Shown here: one piece after another, positions 46,279 to 56,300 of the stretch
Numbering within the stretch: the first letter of the stretch is position 1
Layout: the number at the start of each line of letters is the position of its first letter
Notes under the pieces: generated by a model
What the model saw: the letters and a program-made list of their open reading frames with translations, nothing else
Databases searched by the model: none
Told to the model about the DNA's origin: nothing
Virus record (IMG/VR): IMGVR_UViG_3300026184_000242
Location: 380-64,379 of that record
Reading direction: 5' to 3' (one strand)
Length of the DNA stretch: 64,000 nucleotides
Source of the DNA: a virus
Taxonomy: Duplodnaviria; Caudoviricetes
Made by a program: the position numbers and the translations under genes

Positions 46279-46374
46279 AGGAATTGTGCCGCAGACGTCG
46301 GACGGCCGGGGGATCTTCCCGCTTCGCACCCCGGCCCCGTCCGGCCACACAAGGATAGCTTGCTGTCCTTGTGT

Positions 46375-46449
46375 GGCTGGATGGCGCAGAGGACAGGTAC
46401 TTCGTCCAGTGATAACGTCAACCCCCGTTCGCAACAGCTTCCTCCAGCC
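46375..46449 (+). ncRNA. Y-RNA-like unit 1
   Basis: Closing stem GGCTGGA/TCCAGCC; shared TGGCGCAG, TACTTCG and CAGCTTCC motifs. Confidence 0.7.
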
Positions 46450-46460
46450 TCTACTCAGTT

Positions 46461-46541
46461 TGCCCGTGGCGCAGGGCTCGGTTACTTCGCCAGTGACTTG
46501 AAATCACTACCAAAACACCGAGCCCATCAGCTTCCCGGGCA
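46461..46541 (+). ncRNA. Y-RNA-like unit 2 with anticodon-stem-loop mimic
   Basis: TGCCCG/CGGGCA and GGGCTCGGT/ACCGAGCCC stems; same three motifs; internal AGTGA-CTTGAAA-TCACT. Confidence 0.75.
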
Positions 46542-46547
46542 TCTTTT

Positions 46548-46676
46548 CGGGTGGCGCAGAGGGCGGATACTTCGCCATAGGAGCGAGTGGTCGTCGGTTC
46601 GAGTCCGACCGGGTTTCAAAGGAACCCGTAGCTCAGTGGGTAGAGCACTTATCTCCGTCCTCCCCAGCTTCCCCCG
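46548..46676 (+). ncRNA. yrlA: YrlA-like Y RNA with circularly permuted tRNA domain
   Basis: Same motifs. The T arm GTCGG-TTCGAGT-CCGAC precedes a closed acceptor-like stem and the D arm GCTC-AGTGGGTA-GAGC. Confidence 0.85.
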
Positions 46677-46679
46677 TCC

Positions 46680-46704
46680 GGGGCCCTTCGGGGCCCCACT
46701 TTTT
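46680..46704 (+). terminator. Intrinsic terminator after the RNA array
   Basis: GGGGCCC-TTCG-GGGCCCC followed by ACTTTTT. Confidence 0.7.
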
Positions 46705-46718
46705 CAAGGAGCCCCGCC

Positions 46719-48086
46719 ATGTCCCGCCTCAACACCCCGTCCCAGGCTGACCGCCCCCGCACCCACGAGGGAGCCCCTGCCCGCCGGCTGACCGCCATCC
46801 AGGCGCTGCGCCGGACGGTACTGTCCGCCCTCCTGTGGGAGGACACCTTCTACGAGTTCGGTAGCGAAGGAGCCCAGCGGATCCGGGCCCAGGTTGCCCG
46901 TCTCGCGGAGACGGACCCGGACCTGGAGACGGTGGCCGCTATGGCCGTCGAGGCGCGGGAGGAGCAGCACCTGCGTCATGTCCCCCTGCTGCTGGTGCGG
47001 GAGCTGGCTCGGTTCAGTTCCCCGCGCACCGCGCAGACCCTGGCCCGGGTGATCCGGCGCCCGGACGAATTGGGGGAGTTCGTGCGCATGTATTGGGAGG
47101 GGAGCACGGAGGGCCCGGCCCTTTCCAACCAGGTCAAGAAGGGGCTGGCGGAGGCGTTCCGCAAGTTCGACCGCTACCAGCTCGCCAAGTGGTCTACGGG
47201 AGACACGCGCAAGGGAGGGGTGCAGGGGCGGACGGTTTCGCTCCTGGACGTTATGCGGCTGGTCCACCCCAAGCCCAAGGACGCGGCCCAGGCGAAGCTG
47301 TGGGCCGATCTCAAGGCTGCCCCCCTGGCCCCTCCGGACACCTGGGAGACTCGGCTTTCCGGGGGCGAGTCGGCCAAGTCCGCCTTCCTGGACCTTCTGG
47401 AGCGGAACAAGCTGGGGTACATGGCCCTGCTCCGGAACCTACGGAAGATGGATATGGAGGGGGTGGACTCCGATCTGGTCCGCCAGCGGCTCCTGGAAGG
47501 GGCCCAGAAAGCCCAGGCCCTTCCCTTCCGGTTCATCGCCGCAGCCCGCGCCGCCCCGCGCCTGGAGCCCACCCTGGATCAGGCCATGATCGAGTCCATG
47601 GGGGCCATGGACCGTCTCCCGGGCAAGACCCTGGTCCTGGTGGACCACTCCGGATCCATGTCTGCCCCGGTTTCCCGGCGGTCGGATATGAGGCGCTGGG
47701 ACGCCGCCGCCGGCCTCGCCGTTCTGCTGGCCGGGGTGGCGCAGGAGTGCGAAGTTTGGTCGTTCGGAACGGACATTCAGGCGGTTCCGCCCCGCCAGGG
47801 CATGGCCCTGATCGACGCCATACACAAGGCCCGGGTGGGAATGAGCACCAACCTGGGGAAGGCCGTCAAGAATGCGCTGGTCGAGGATTGGGACCGCCTG
47901 GTGGTGATTACCGACGAGCAGTCCGGCGACCGGGTTCCGGAGCCCTCCACCGCCAAGCCGGCCTACATGATTAACGTGGCCCCATATGAGCACGGGGTCG
48001 GCTATGGAAGCTGGGTGCATATCGACGGATTCAGCGAAGCCACCCTCAAGTTCATCCAGGCCCTGGAGAGCGAGGAGCTGTCCTGA
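46719..48086 (+). CDS. Ro60/Rsr-like TROVE + vWA RNA-binding protein
   Basis: THEGAPA, LLWEDTFYE, RHVPLLL, FDRYQLAKW, HPKP, PDTWET, YMALLRNLR, LPFRF, VDHSGSM, VITDEQ, IDGFSE. Confidence 0.92.
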   Translation: MSRLNTPSQADRPRTHEGAPARRLTAIQALRRTVLSALLWEDTFYEFGSEGAQRIRAQVARLAETDPDLETVAAMAVEAREEQHLRHVPLLLVRELARFSSPRTAQTLARVIRRPDELGEFVRMYWEGSTEGPALSNQVKKGLAEAFRKFDRYQLAKWSTGDTRKGGVQGRTVSLLDVMRLVHPKPKDAAQAKLWADLKAAPLAPPDTWETRLSGGESAKSAFLDLLERNKLGYMALLRNLRKMDMEGVDSDLVRQRLLEGAQKAQALPFRFIAAARAAPRLEPTLDQAMIESMGAMDRLPGKTLVLVDHSGSMSAPVSRRSDMRRWDAAAGLAVLLAGVAQECEVWSFGTDIQAVPPRQGMALIDAIHKARVGMSTNLGKAVKNALVEDWDRLVVITDEQSGDRVPEPSTAKPAYMINVAPYEHGVGYGSWVHIDGFSEATLKFIQALESEELS

Positions 48087-48133
48087 CGGGCGGCTCCGCC
48101 ACCAGCCCGCCTAAACCTCATGGAGAGGACGCC

Positions 48134-48682
48134 ATGAAAGACGGAACACGCCGTTTGCTGAACGTACTCCGGGAAGCGATTCCCCTGGCCAGGGAGGAAG
48201 CCGAGAATGGCCACCTGGAGTTCGATACCTTCGGCCTGGCCGGACCTGCCTGCGGAACCGTGGCCTGCCTGATGGGGTGGGCGGCCCAAACCCCCTCCAT
48301 GATCGAGGAGGGGCTGGCCCCCAAGGTAAGTTTCCCGGAAAGAAGTGGGTTCGGTACCTCTAAGGAGAACCCGCTGATCTTTTATTTCAACGGGCAACCC
48401 CTAACCAGTTTCAAGCAGATTGCCTTGTTCTTCGGTATTACGCTCAATATGACGGAGCAGATTTTCGGGATTTCCCGCATGGCCTGCCCCGCAGAGGACC
48501 TGAAATTCCGGGAGGAGAAACTTCGAGCCCTGCTCCTGGAACGGCTGCTGGAGGAAGGGGAGCTTCTGGACGAGCCTGCGGCGGAGGTTGCCGCCTGCAA
48601 GGAGAAGGAGGCTCGGGAAGCGGCCACCCAGGCCACCCAGGTGATGCGGGAGAAACCCGCCCGGCATACGGAGTGCGTGTGA
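48134..48682 (+). CDS. Hypothetical protein, CGTxxCxxGWAA paralogue 1
   Basis: FDTFG...CGTVACLMGWAA...FFGI...IFG. Confidence 0.65.
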   Translation: MKDGTRRLLNVLREAIPLAREEAENGHLEFDTFGLAGPACGTVACLMGWAAQTPSMIEEGLAPKVSFPERSGFGTSKENPLIFYFNGQPLTSFKQIALFFGITLNMTEQIFGISRMACPAEDLKFREEKLRALLLERLLEEGELLDEPAAEVAACKEKEAREAATQATQVMREKPARHTECV

Positions 48683-48939
48683 TGGACGAGCAAGAGCTTC
48701 CCCGGTACCGCTGCCACAAGGAGGTGTGGGCGGTAAAGATAAAGGCCATCAAGAACAACCCGGAGGAGGGCTGGCAAATTATCCCGGCCGACGAGGGCTA
48801 CCCGGCCATCCATGTTCCCTATAGCTACATGGAGAAGCATAACCCGGTCCCCGGTGGATACTACGTGGTCTACGAGGACGGGTACGAGAGCTGGAGCCCG
48901 GCCGAGGCCTTCGAGGCCGGATATACCCGGATTGACTAG
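48682..48939 (+). CDS. Small conserved phage protein (GYYVVYEDGYESWSP motif)
   Basis: LPRYRCHKEVWAVKI...GGYYVVYEDGYESWSPAEAFEAGY. Confidence 0.7.
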   Translation: MDEQELPRYRCHKEVWAVKIKAIKNNPEEGWQIIPADEGYPAIHVPYSYMEKHNPVPGGYYVVYEDGYESWSPAEAFEAGYTRID

Positions 48940-48948
48940 GAGGATGCC

Positions 48949-49509
48949 ATGAGCAAGGAAAGGGAGCGGATCGAGGCCCTGGTTCGCAACGCCTTCCCAC
49001 GGGCCTGGGAGGCCTATGACGAGGGCAGGCTGAATTTCAACACATTCGGTCACCACAAGGAGGAATGCGGGACCTTCGGGTGCCTGGTGGGGTGGGCGGC
49101 CATAGAGGACGGGGGCCGGGAAATCGGCCTTTACCCGAGCTGGAATTGCGGAGCCTTGGACGTGCGGAATTCGGAGGGGAAAAGCCTGCTAGATGGCCAA
49201 TGGGGGCGGACCCTGTCCGATTTCTTTGGGATTGCCCAGGATGAATCCACCCTTCTTTTTGGAGGGAACCACCAACACCTCTTTTGGGAAATGCACGGTC
49301 ACGGTGACCTTCTCCCCAATGAAGATCCGGGAATTTCGAATATATCCGACGACCTGGAGCTGGAGCTACGGGAGAGGCTCGCCCGCCAGATCGTGGCCAG
49401 GATGCGCGAGGAGGAAGGGTTGCCACCCGACATGGAGGAGGACGACGGTCAGGAGGCTGCCCAGGAGGTCCAGGAGTTCCTGCGCAGCGAGGCAACCGTC
49501 ACCGCCTGA
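48949..49509 (+). CDS. Hypothetical protein, CGTxxCxxGWAA paralogue 2
   Basis: FNTFG...CGTFGCLVGWAA...FFGI...LFG. Confidence 0.65.
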   Translation: MSKERERIEALVRNAFPRAWEAYDEGRLNFNTFGHHKEECGTFGCLVGWAAIEDGGREIGLYPSWNCGALDVRNSEGKSLLDGQWGRTLSDFFGIAQDESTLLFGGNHQHLFWEMHGHGDLLPNEDPGISNISDDLELELRERLARQIVARMREEEGLPPDMEEDDGQEAAQEVQEFLRSEATVTA

Positions 49510-49711
49510 GCGTTTCGCCCGCCCCGTTCTTCAACAGGCGCGGCCACTCCTGGTGGGGCGGGCACTATTCGACGGGCCCTGGGGGCAACGCTCCTTGGTT
49601 GTTGGTTGGCGCTGACAATCGCCCCTGGGCCCACCTTTCGGCCCGTCAGGGATCCCGCCACCACCTGGGTGGGATCCCGCCGCAATGGCGGGCCCCTTTT
49701 TGGAGGACGCC

Positions 49712-50044
49712 ATGTTTCCAAGGTGTTTGCAGGTGAAGCCGACCCTTAAACCGGTGGTGGTCCAGGTACATCGCCGCTCCTATGCCCACCAGGAGCAGGG
49801 GATTTCGGGGGCCATGGGGCGAGCTATCGCCCATTTCCGGAAGGATTCGGTGGTGGGGCTCATGGTCGCCACCCCGTTCGGGATCCGCCCCAGCATTCGG
49901 GGAAACCATGATGTTGTGTGTGGGAGGCTGGACCGCCTCCCGGAATGGATGGGAAACAGAGGACGCCAGAATGCCTACCAAGGAACGCGAGACGAGCATG
50001 CCGAAGTTCCCGCAGGAAACCGAGAGCCCGTCGGAGCCCGATAA
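49712..50044 (+). CDS. Hypothetical protein
   Basis: GGAGGACGCCATG start. Confidence 0.4.
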   Translation: MFPRCLQVKPTLKPVVVQVHRRSYAHQEQGISGAMGRAIAHFRKDSVVGLMVATPFGIRPSIRGNHDVVCGRLDRLPEWMGNRGRQNAYQGTRDEHAEVPAGNREPVGAR

Positions 50045-50333
50045 CCGGGTCCTGGTGACGGTTAGAACCCGCGCTTACATGCGGGCCAGCCCGAATACGG
50101 AGCGAAAGGAGGACCCTTGGGCCGGCTATCCCGAAGCCGACGAGGAGGTCGAGGTGATCGCCCTGGGGCTTTGTTGCGGGAACTGGAGCTACGTCGTGCG
50201 CGGCACCGACGGGGAGAGTATCTATCAGGTAAACCCGCATTACACCACCCACACCCAGGGCTCCAAGGCCGACCTGCCGAAGGGGGACTGTGGGTCGATC
50301 CTTGTCCACGAGGGTCGCGTCCCCGAGGACTGA
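49971..50333 (+). CDS. Hypothetical protein
   Basis: GAGGACGCC RBS; ends 2 bp from the convergent giant gene. Confidence 0.45.
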   Translation: MPTKERETSMPKFPQETESPSEPDNRVLVTVRTRAYMRASPNTERKEDPWAGYPEADEEVEVIALGLCCGNWSYVVRGTDGESIYQVNPHYTTHTQGSKADLPKGDCGSILVHEGRVPED

Positions 50334-50334
50334 C

Positions 50335-53300
50335 CTACTCCAGCCCCTGGCTTTCCAGGGTCTTTATGGACCGCCGGAAGATTTCATTCTTCCGGCGGTT
50401 TAGTTCTTCGATCTTGCGCCGCTTCTCCTCCGGATCCAGGTAGGGGGTTCGGTAAAGCTCCTCCACCTGATTGTTGATCTCCCGGATGGTCCGGTAGTTC
50501 TTGCGCAGGAAGTCGTGCTCCCGAAGCTGCTTCTCGTGGCTGGTGAGCAGGCTGCGCTTCTGCTGGGGGAGGTGGCGGTTGCGGTAGCTCCGCGCCGTGT
50601 TCATGGTCTTGTCGGCGTCCACCATCAGCTCGTAGAACCGCTTCTCGTAGTACGTGTTGTGCTCCGGGCCGGTGCCCCGGTAGAGCGCCCCCAGCACCGG
50701 CCAGTCCTGTAGCTCGGTGCTCGGCGGGTGCGGGTAGTCCAGCATGTTGCGGGCGAACACGTCCGTGGCCCCCAGGGCGTACATGCCGATGGGGCCCAGG
50801 TAGCCCCGGAAAAGGTGCTCCAGGCGGTCCGGAGACATACCGGTGGCCTGGCCCACCGCCCGCATGGTGTCGCTGGTCCAGGGGCCATACTGCGCCTGCG
50901 GGAGCAGCTCCTGCTCCCCTTCCGGGACGATGGGCCGGTTCGTGAAGAAGCTCCGGTTGGCGATTTCCTCCGCCAGCGGGGCCAGCACGTGCGGCACCGG
51001 GGCCGGGATCCCGTCTACCTCCACGTTCCCGAAGTTCAGGGTGTTCTCCAGGTCGAATTGGAGCGCCCGCATGGACTTGTCCAGCGCCTCCCGGTTGTGG
51101 AAGTACAACAGCTCCGCCAGCCGCTCCGGCACGTTGCCGAACAGAATCCCGATCTCGAAGGGCTTGGGGATCACCCAGTGCTCGCCCCCGGCGAAGAAGT
51201 GCCAGTATTGCTCCCGCTGCCAGGTTTCCAGGGCGTTGAACCGGTCGTCGTCCTTGTTCTGCATCCAGAGGGCCACCGACGCCAAGGCCAGACCCATGCC
51301 CTTGAAGGTGAAGGCCACGGGGTGCTGGAGCCCGTACCGCGCCAGCCGGTCGATGCCCTGGAGGCGGGCGTTCAGGAAGGGCACGGTGCTGGCCATGAAG
51401 CGCACCACCGGGTTATCCCCGCGCTTTGAGAAATCCATCATGTCCTTGGCCTCGAAGGCCGCCTCCAGGTTGGACTTCCCGGCCCGCTTGGCCGCCTTGT
51501 AGTAGGCCAGGCGGTTGGCGTTCTCCGAGCGCACCGACAGGGATTCCCATTTGTCGTTGGCCCGCGCCATGAGCTTGACCGGGCTCCCCCACGCGCGGCG
51601 CTTGCGGTCGTGGGCCCTGAGCAGGCGGCGGGTCACCTTGGTCATGGCCGAGGGGTCCTGAGCGTGGAGATAGCCGCCGTAGAAGCCACCACCAGCCGCC
51701 CACATTGCGATCATGTCCGGGTCCTCCTCGTGGGCGTGGAACAGCTCCCGGACCCCGGAGAGGATCGGGGTGACGTTATCCCGCGACAGGACATAGGCCT
51801 GGCCCGTATCCCGGAGGAAGTTGCGAAGCATGAACTCCGGATTCCGCGTCACCGACCAGCGCAGGAGCTGGGTGGGGGCCCGGAAGGCCCGCGCCCATGG
51901 CCCCAGGGGCTTCTCCTGGAGGGAGCCCATGGCCCGCGCCAGGAGCTGGTTGTGGACCTCCCAGTATTCCGCCTGGCCGCCCCGGTACACCCGCATGATC
52001 CGGGCGTCGTCCGGCTGCGCCCAGTGGTACATCATCCGCATGCCCCGCCAGGCTTCATCGGGCAGGCTGTCCACGTCCACCCCGTCCTCGGCCAGGAGCC
52101 GCTTGACCTGCTCCATGGGCACCGGGGCCTTGCGGAAGTTGGGCCGGGCCCGGGTCATAAGGTCGGAATGACCACCCAGGTTCTCCACGGCCATGGCCGC
52201 CGCATGGTTGCGCATGGAGGCGGTCAGGAGGTGGGCGGTGTTCATCAGCATGTTTTCGATCACGCTATTGATGTTGCTCCGCCCCCCACCCAGGCGCTTG
52301 ATGGGGTTGGTCTGGTTGGCCAGGCTGCCCGCCGCCTTGGGGCCGCGAATGTCGTCCGCCTCGTGGACGCGGTAGAAGGGTACATAGTCCATATGCTCCC
52401 AATACTTCCGGGACTCCGGGTCGATCAGGCCGGAGGATTCCGCGAAGTTAAGCATCTGGTGGTTGAAGTCCGTCCACTCCTGCGCGGCCTGCTCGAACTC
52501 GGGGTGGAGACGCCCCAGGTCAATGGCGGCCTCGATCTCCTCGGGGGTGAACAGGCGCTCCCGCCCCTCCATCCATAGCCGCGCCGCCCGGCGCCCGGCC
52601 ATATACCGTTCCCATAGATCCCACTCGTGCTGGATAGGGTCGAGAATATCCAGTAGACCCTTGCGGTTCGGCACCAGGGTGGCGGCACCGTCCTTGAACA
52701 TGAGGGGCCCATGCAGGAGCACGACGCGCATTTGGGCATCGGGAGTGGTGCTCATTCGGGCGGCGATATAGGCGCTGCTTTGCGGGGTCAGCGTGGTCTG
52801 GTCCCGCTGCTCCACAATATCCTCGGCGTATTTCAGCCCGTAGAACTTGTCCAGTCCGCCCTGCTGGAGCCGTTTGGCGAGCCCCTTGCGGCTGCGGAAA
52901 AACTCCTGGATCGGGCTACGGTGGGGGCGGCCGATCTTAGCCCCCATGGATTGAAGGTGCGGGTTGTCGCGGGGGTCGGATCCCTCGTTCGTGGCCAGGA
53001 GCGGATCCGCGCTGGCCTGGCTCAGGGCCTGCCGGACGGCGGCCTGGCCCTGGGGGGAAAGGCGCTGGTACCGCGCGCGGAGGGGGCCGTACTGCTGGAA
53101 CCGGCGCTGGTTGGCCCGGTTCTCCGCCTCCAGCACCGCCACCTCGTCCTGGTTTCCCTGCTTGCGGGCCTTGGCCAGCCGGCGCTGGACCGTGCGGGCC
53201 CGGTGCTGGTCGCGGAAGGCCTGGTCCGGGCGGATACCCGCCTGGACGGCGTCCTCCACCAGGGAGCCCGCTTCCCCGGCCTCGTGCGGATTGCGGTGGC

Positions 53301-56300
53301 GCAGGGCGGCCCAAGACTCCTTGGAGCCTAGCTGCCAGTTGGCGGTCAGGCTTTCCCAGTGATCCCCCAGGGCACCGTCCAGCCAGCTACCCCGCAGGTA
53401 GCGGTAGGACCGGCCGATCAGGTTCCGCAGGTCCCGGTCGGTGAGCTGGAGCTTGAACCCTAGGCTGCGCAAGGCGGCCTTGATCGGCCCCAGGACCCGG
53501 TCCAGGAGGGTTGGCTGGGCCCCCTCCTCGGTCATTTCCGCTAAGGCCTCCTCGGCGGCCCTGCGGCGCTCTGAGACGACATTCAGGTCCAGGCCATGGG
53601 AACGCGCCGCCATCTGGACCTGCGCCGGGAACTGGTCGGCCACCTGATCCATATAGGAGTCGAGCTGCCCACCCAGGAGGGACCGGATCCCGTAGTGCCC
53701 CACCGTCTCATGCAGGAGCACCTGCTGGGCCCGCTCCACGGAGGGCAGGTTGTCGGCCACCAGATAGACCTGGCCCGTAACAGGGTCGAATACGCCCTGG
53801 GTGCCCTTCTCGAAGCCGCGCTGACGAATCGGATGGGACAGCCGGAACGGGAGGTCGGAAACCGATTGCACCACCTGGAACCCGGGCCCGTGTCGCCAGC
53901 CCTCGGCAACCGGTTGCAGGCCCTGCTCGATGGTGTGGCGCGGCAGCCCTCCCTGTTCCTGCTGCTGGCTCGGCCAGTCCTGGAACAGTGGCTGGCCCTG
54001 CATGGCGGACTCGCGCATGGCCTCCGTCACCGGAAGCCGCCATACCTGCATCGTGTGGAAGGGGTCCTCGGTCAGCGTCCCGTTGAAGTGGGCGGCCAGC
54101 CCCGGGGTGCCCTCCGCCTCCATGGCCTCCCGGAAGGTGGCTCCGGCCTCCATTTTCTCCAGCACCAGCCGCAGGGTATCAAGGTAGGGCCTGTCCAGGG
54201 ATACCAGGCTCGTTCCATCCGGAAGGGGAATATCCCCCCGTTCCATGGCGGCGAGCTGCCCTTCATCCAGCGTATCGCCTTCGTAGCGCAGCTCCCCATT
54301 ATCGTTGGGGATCTGGACGGTCGATGTCTCCGGCTTGGCCCCCCACTTCTTCGTGTACTTCTTGACGGCCTCGGGCAGGATCTTGTCGTAGTAGGCCTTC
54401 ATGCCCTCGCCGCCCATTTCCAGGTCCAGGCCGGACAGGCTGGTGAACTGCATGCCCTGCCAGGGGCCGCTGGTGGGGCTGTGCGGCTCCTGCTCCAGGA
54501 GCCGGTTGGCCAGCTCCTGCCCCACGAAGCCCTGGACCTCCTTGACGCCCATTTGCCGGCGGAGAATCTCTCTCCCGTTGTGGTCGAAGGCGACGAGCTT
54601 GGGGTTCTCGAATGCCTTGGTCGTACCCTTGGGGACCTTCTCCCGTAGCTCCAGCCGGGTAACGTGTCGGGCCATGTTGTACCGGTGGGTCTGGGTGGAA
54701 CCGGTGGTCCAGCCGATGGAGCTATACCCGTTCTCCGTGGCCCAACGGATCATCCGTTTCAGGACGAGGTTGGTCCAGCCGTTGCCCTCGAAGGGGGCTT
54801 GCGGAACCACCTTCCGGGAAAACTCCTGCTGCTCCATCATGTCCTCGCGGTAGGGGGCCGGATCCACGTCCTCCCCCAGCCCAAAGAACTCCCGAACCTG
54901 GGCGTCAGTGGGCTCCTTGCCCTGGTAGCCGTGCTTGCGGCCCGCCTGGTGCCAGTCGGATTGGAGTTCCTCCAGGAACAGCATGGGGTTACCGTCCGCG
55001 TCCTCCCGATCCGTGAACCGCACGTGGGCCAGAATGTTGGGCTCGCCCCGGAAGTGGGGGGCCCAGTAGGTCTCGCCCTTGCCTGCCGGAAGGGTCAGGG
55101 TCAGCTCGCGGTAGTTCTCCCCACCAGGGGATTTGAACTGGTCGTAGCTGGTGGGGGTCTGGCGGGGCTCGATCCGGGTGGCCACCATGGCCTTGGCCGC
55201 CTCCAGGTCCTGGAAGTGGCTAACACCTCCTCCGAAACCGGGGACGCGGTACTCCCCGGTTTCGGGGTCCTGGTCGATAACCATGACGACTCGCTTGAAG
55301 TTGATCGGGTTCTGGCCCTTGGCCATGTAGACCTTCCGGCCCCCGTCCTCCCCTTCCTGCCATTTCAGGCCCCCGGCCGGGGCCCCGCGCAGGTTCTCCT
55401 GCACCGTGACGTGGTTGTCGCGCAGGAAGTCCAGGACCTCCTGACGGCTGATCTTCTTGGGCCCCTCGAAGATCGTTCCCTGGAACTCGTCGCGGGCCGT
55501 GTCGGCCCGGTCGTCCAGGTACTCCAGGAGTCCGGACCAGTCCAGCTCCTCCTGCTTGAAGATCCGCCCCTTTCGCGCCATCGTCTGGACGATCTGTTTG
55601 ATCTGCTCCGGGGTGCCGGAATTGGGCAGCCGGTTCGCCAGCTCGTGCTCCATCTGGTAGTAGAAGCCCGGGGCCACATGGGCCAGGTAGGGTTCGGAAT
55701 CCTGGGGAATGCCGCCCTGGAGCGCGAGGGAGCTGAGGTCCCCCCGGGGGCCGGTGAAGGTGTCCAGGAACTCCAACTGGTTGTTGTTGGCGAAGCGGCT
55801 CAGGTTCGTCACCGAGGGCCCGGAGGGGCTGCGCAGGCGGGCGATGAAGGCGGACGCACCCGTCTGGTGGAGGGCCTGCAACAGCCGGGAGGCCCCCGTG
55901 CCCTGCTGGCGGGTACGGAGCGGGGCCATTTCCTCGGCGGTCATGGGCAGGAAGCCCACCACGTTGTGGCGGTGGTCCAGGAGAAGCAGGCCTTCTTCGT
56001 CCCCGACCTTGTTGGCCACGTACTGGCGGGCGTCCTGGGCGCTCTCCAGGGTATCCCTCTGGTCCTGGGGCTCGACCCGGCGGAACCTGCGCTCCTCCAC
56101 CGGGATCTGGTGGACCCGCCGCATGCCCGGGATGCGGTTCGCCTTCTGCCCCCGGTCCTCCGCCTTGGGGCCCTGGTCCTCGGTGAACTCACCGCCCGGG
56201 GCCACCACCACCATGCCTCGGAAATGGATGCCCGTTGCGGCCATGTTGCGGTTGAACCGGTCGGTGACGCGCTGGTCCAGGGCGGACTGCTGGGGGTTGC

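Noticed and set aside
46580-46650. Canonical tRNA gene
   Set aside because: The T arm precedes the D arm and the acceptor is closed by a loop with no CCA end; this fits a YrlA-like mimic.
46375-46676. CRISPR array
   Set aside because: The repeated motifs are short and split, they form self-closing stems, and no cas genes were recognised.
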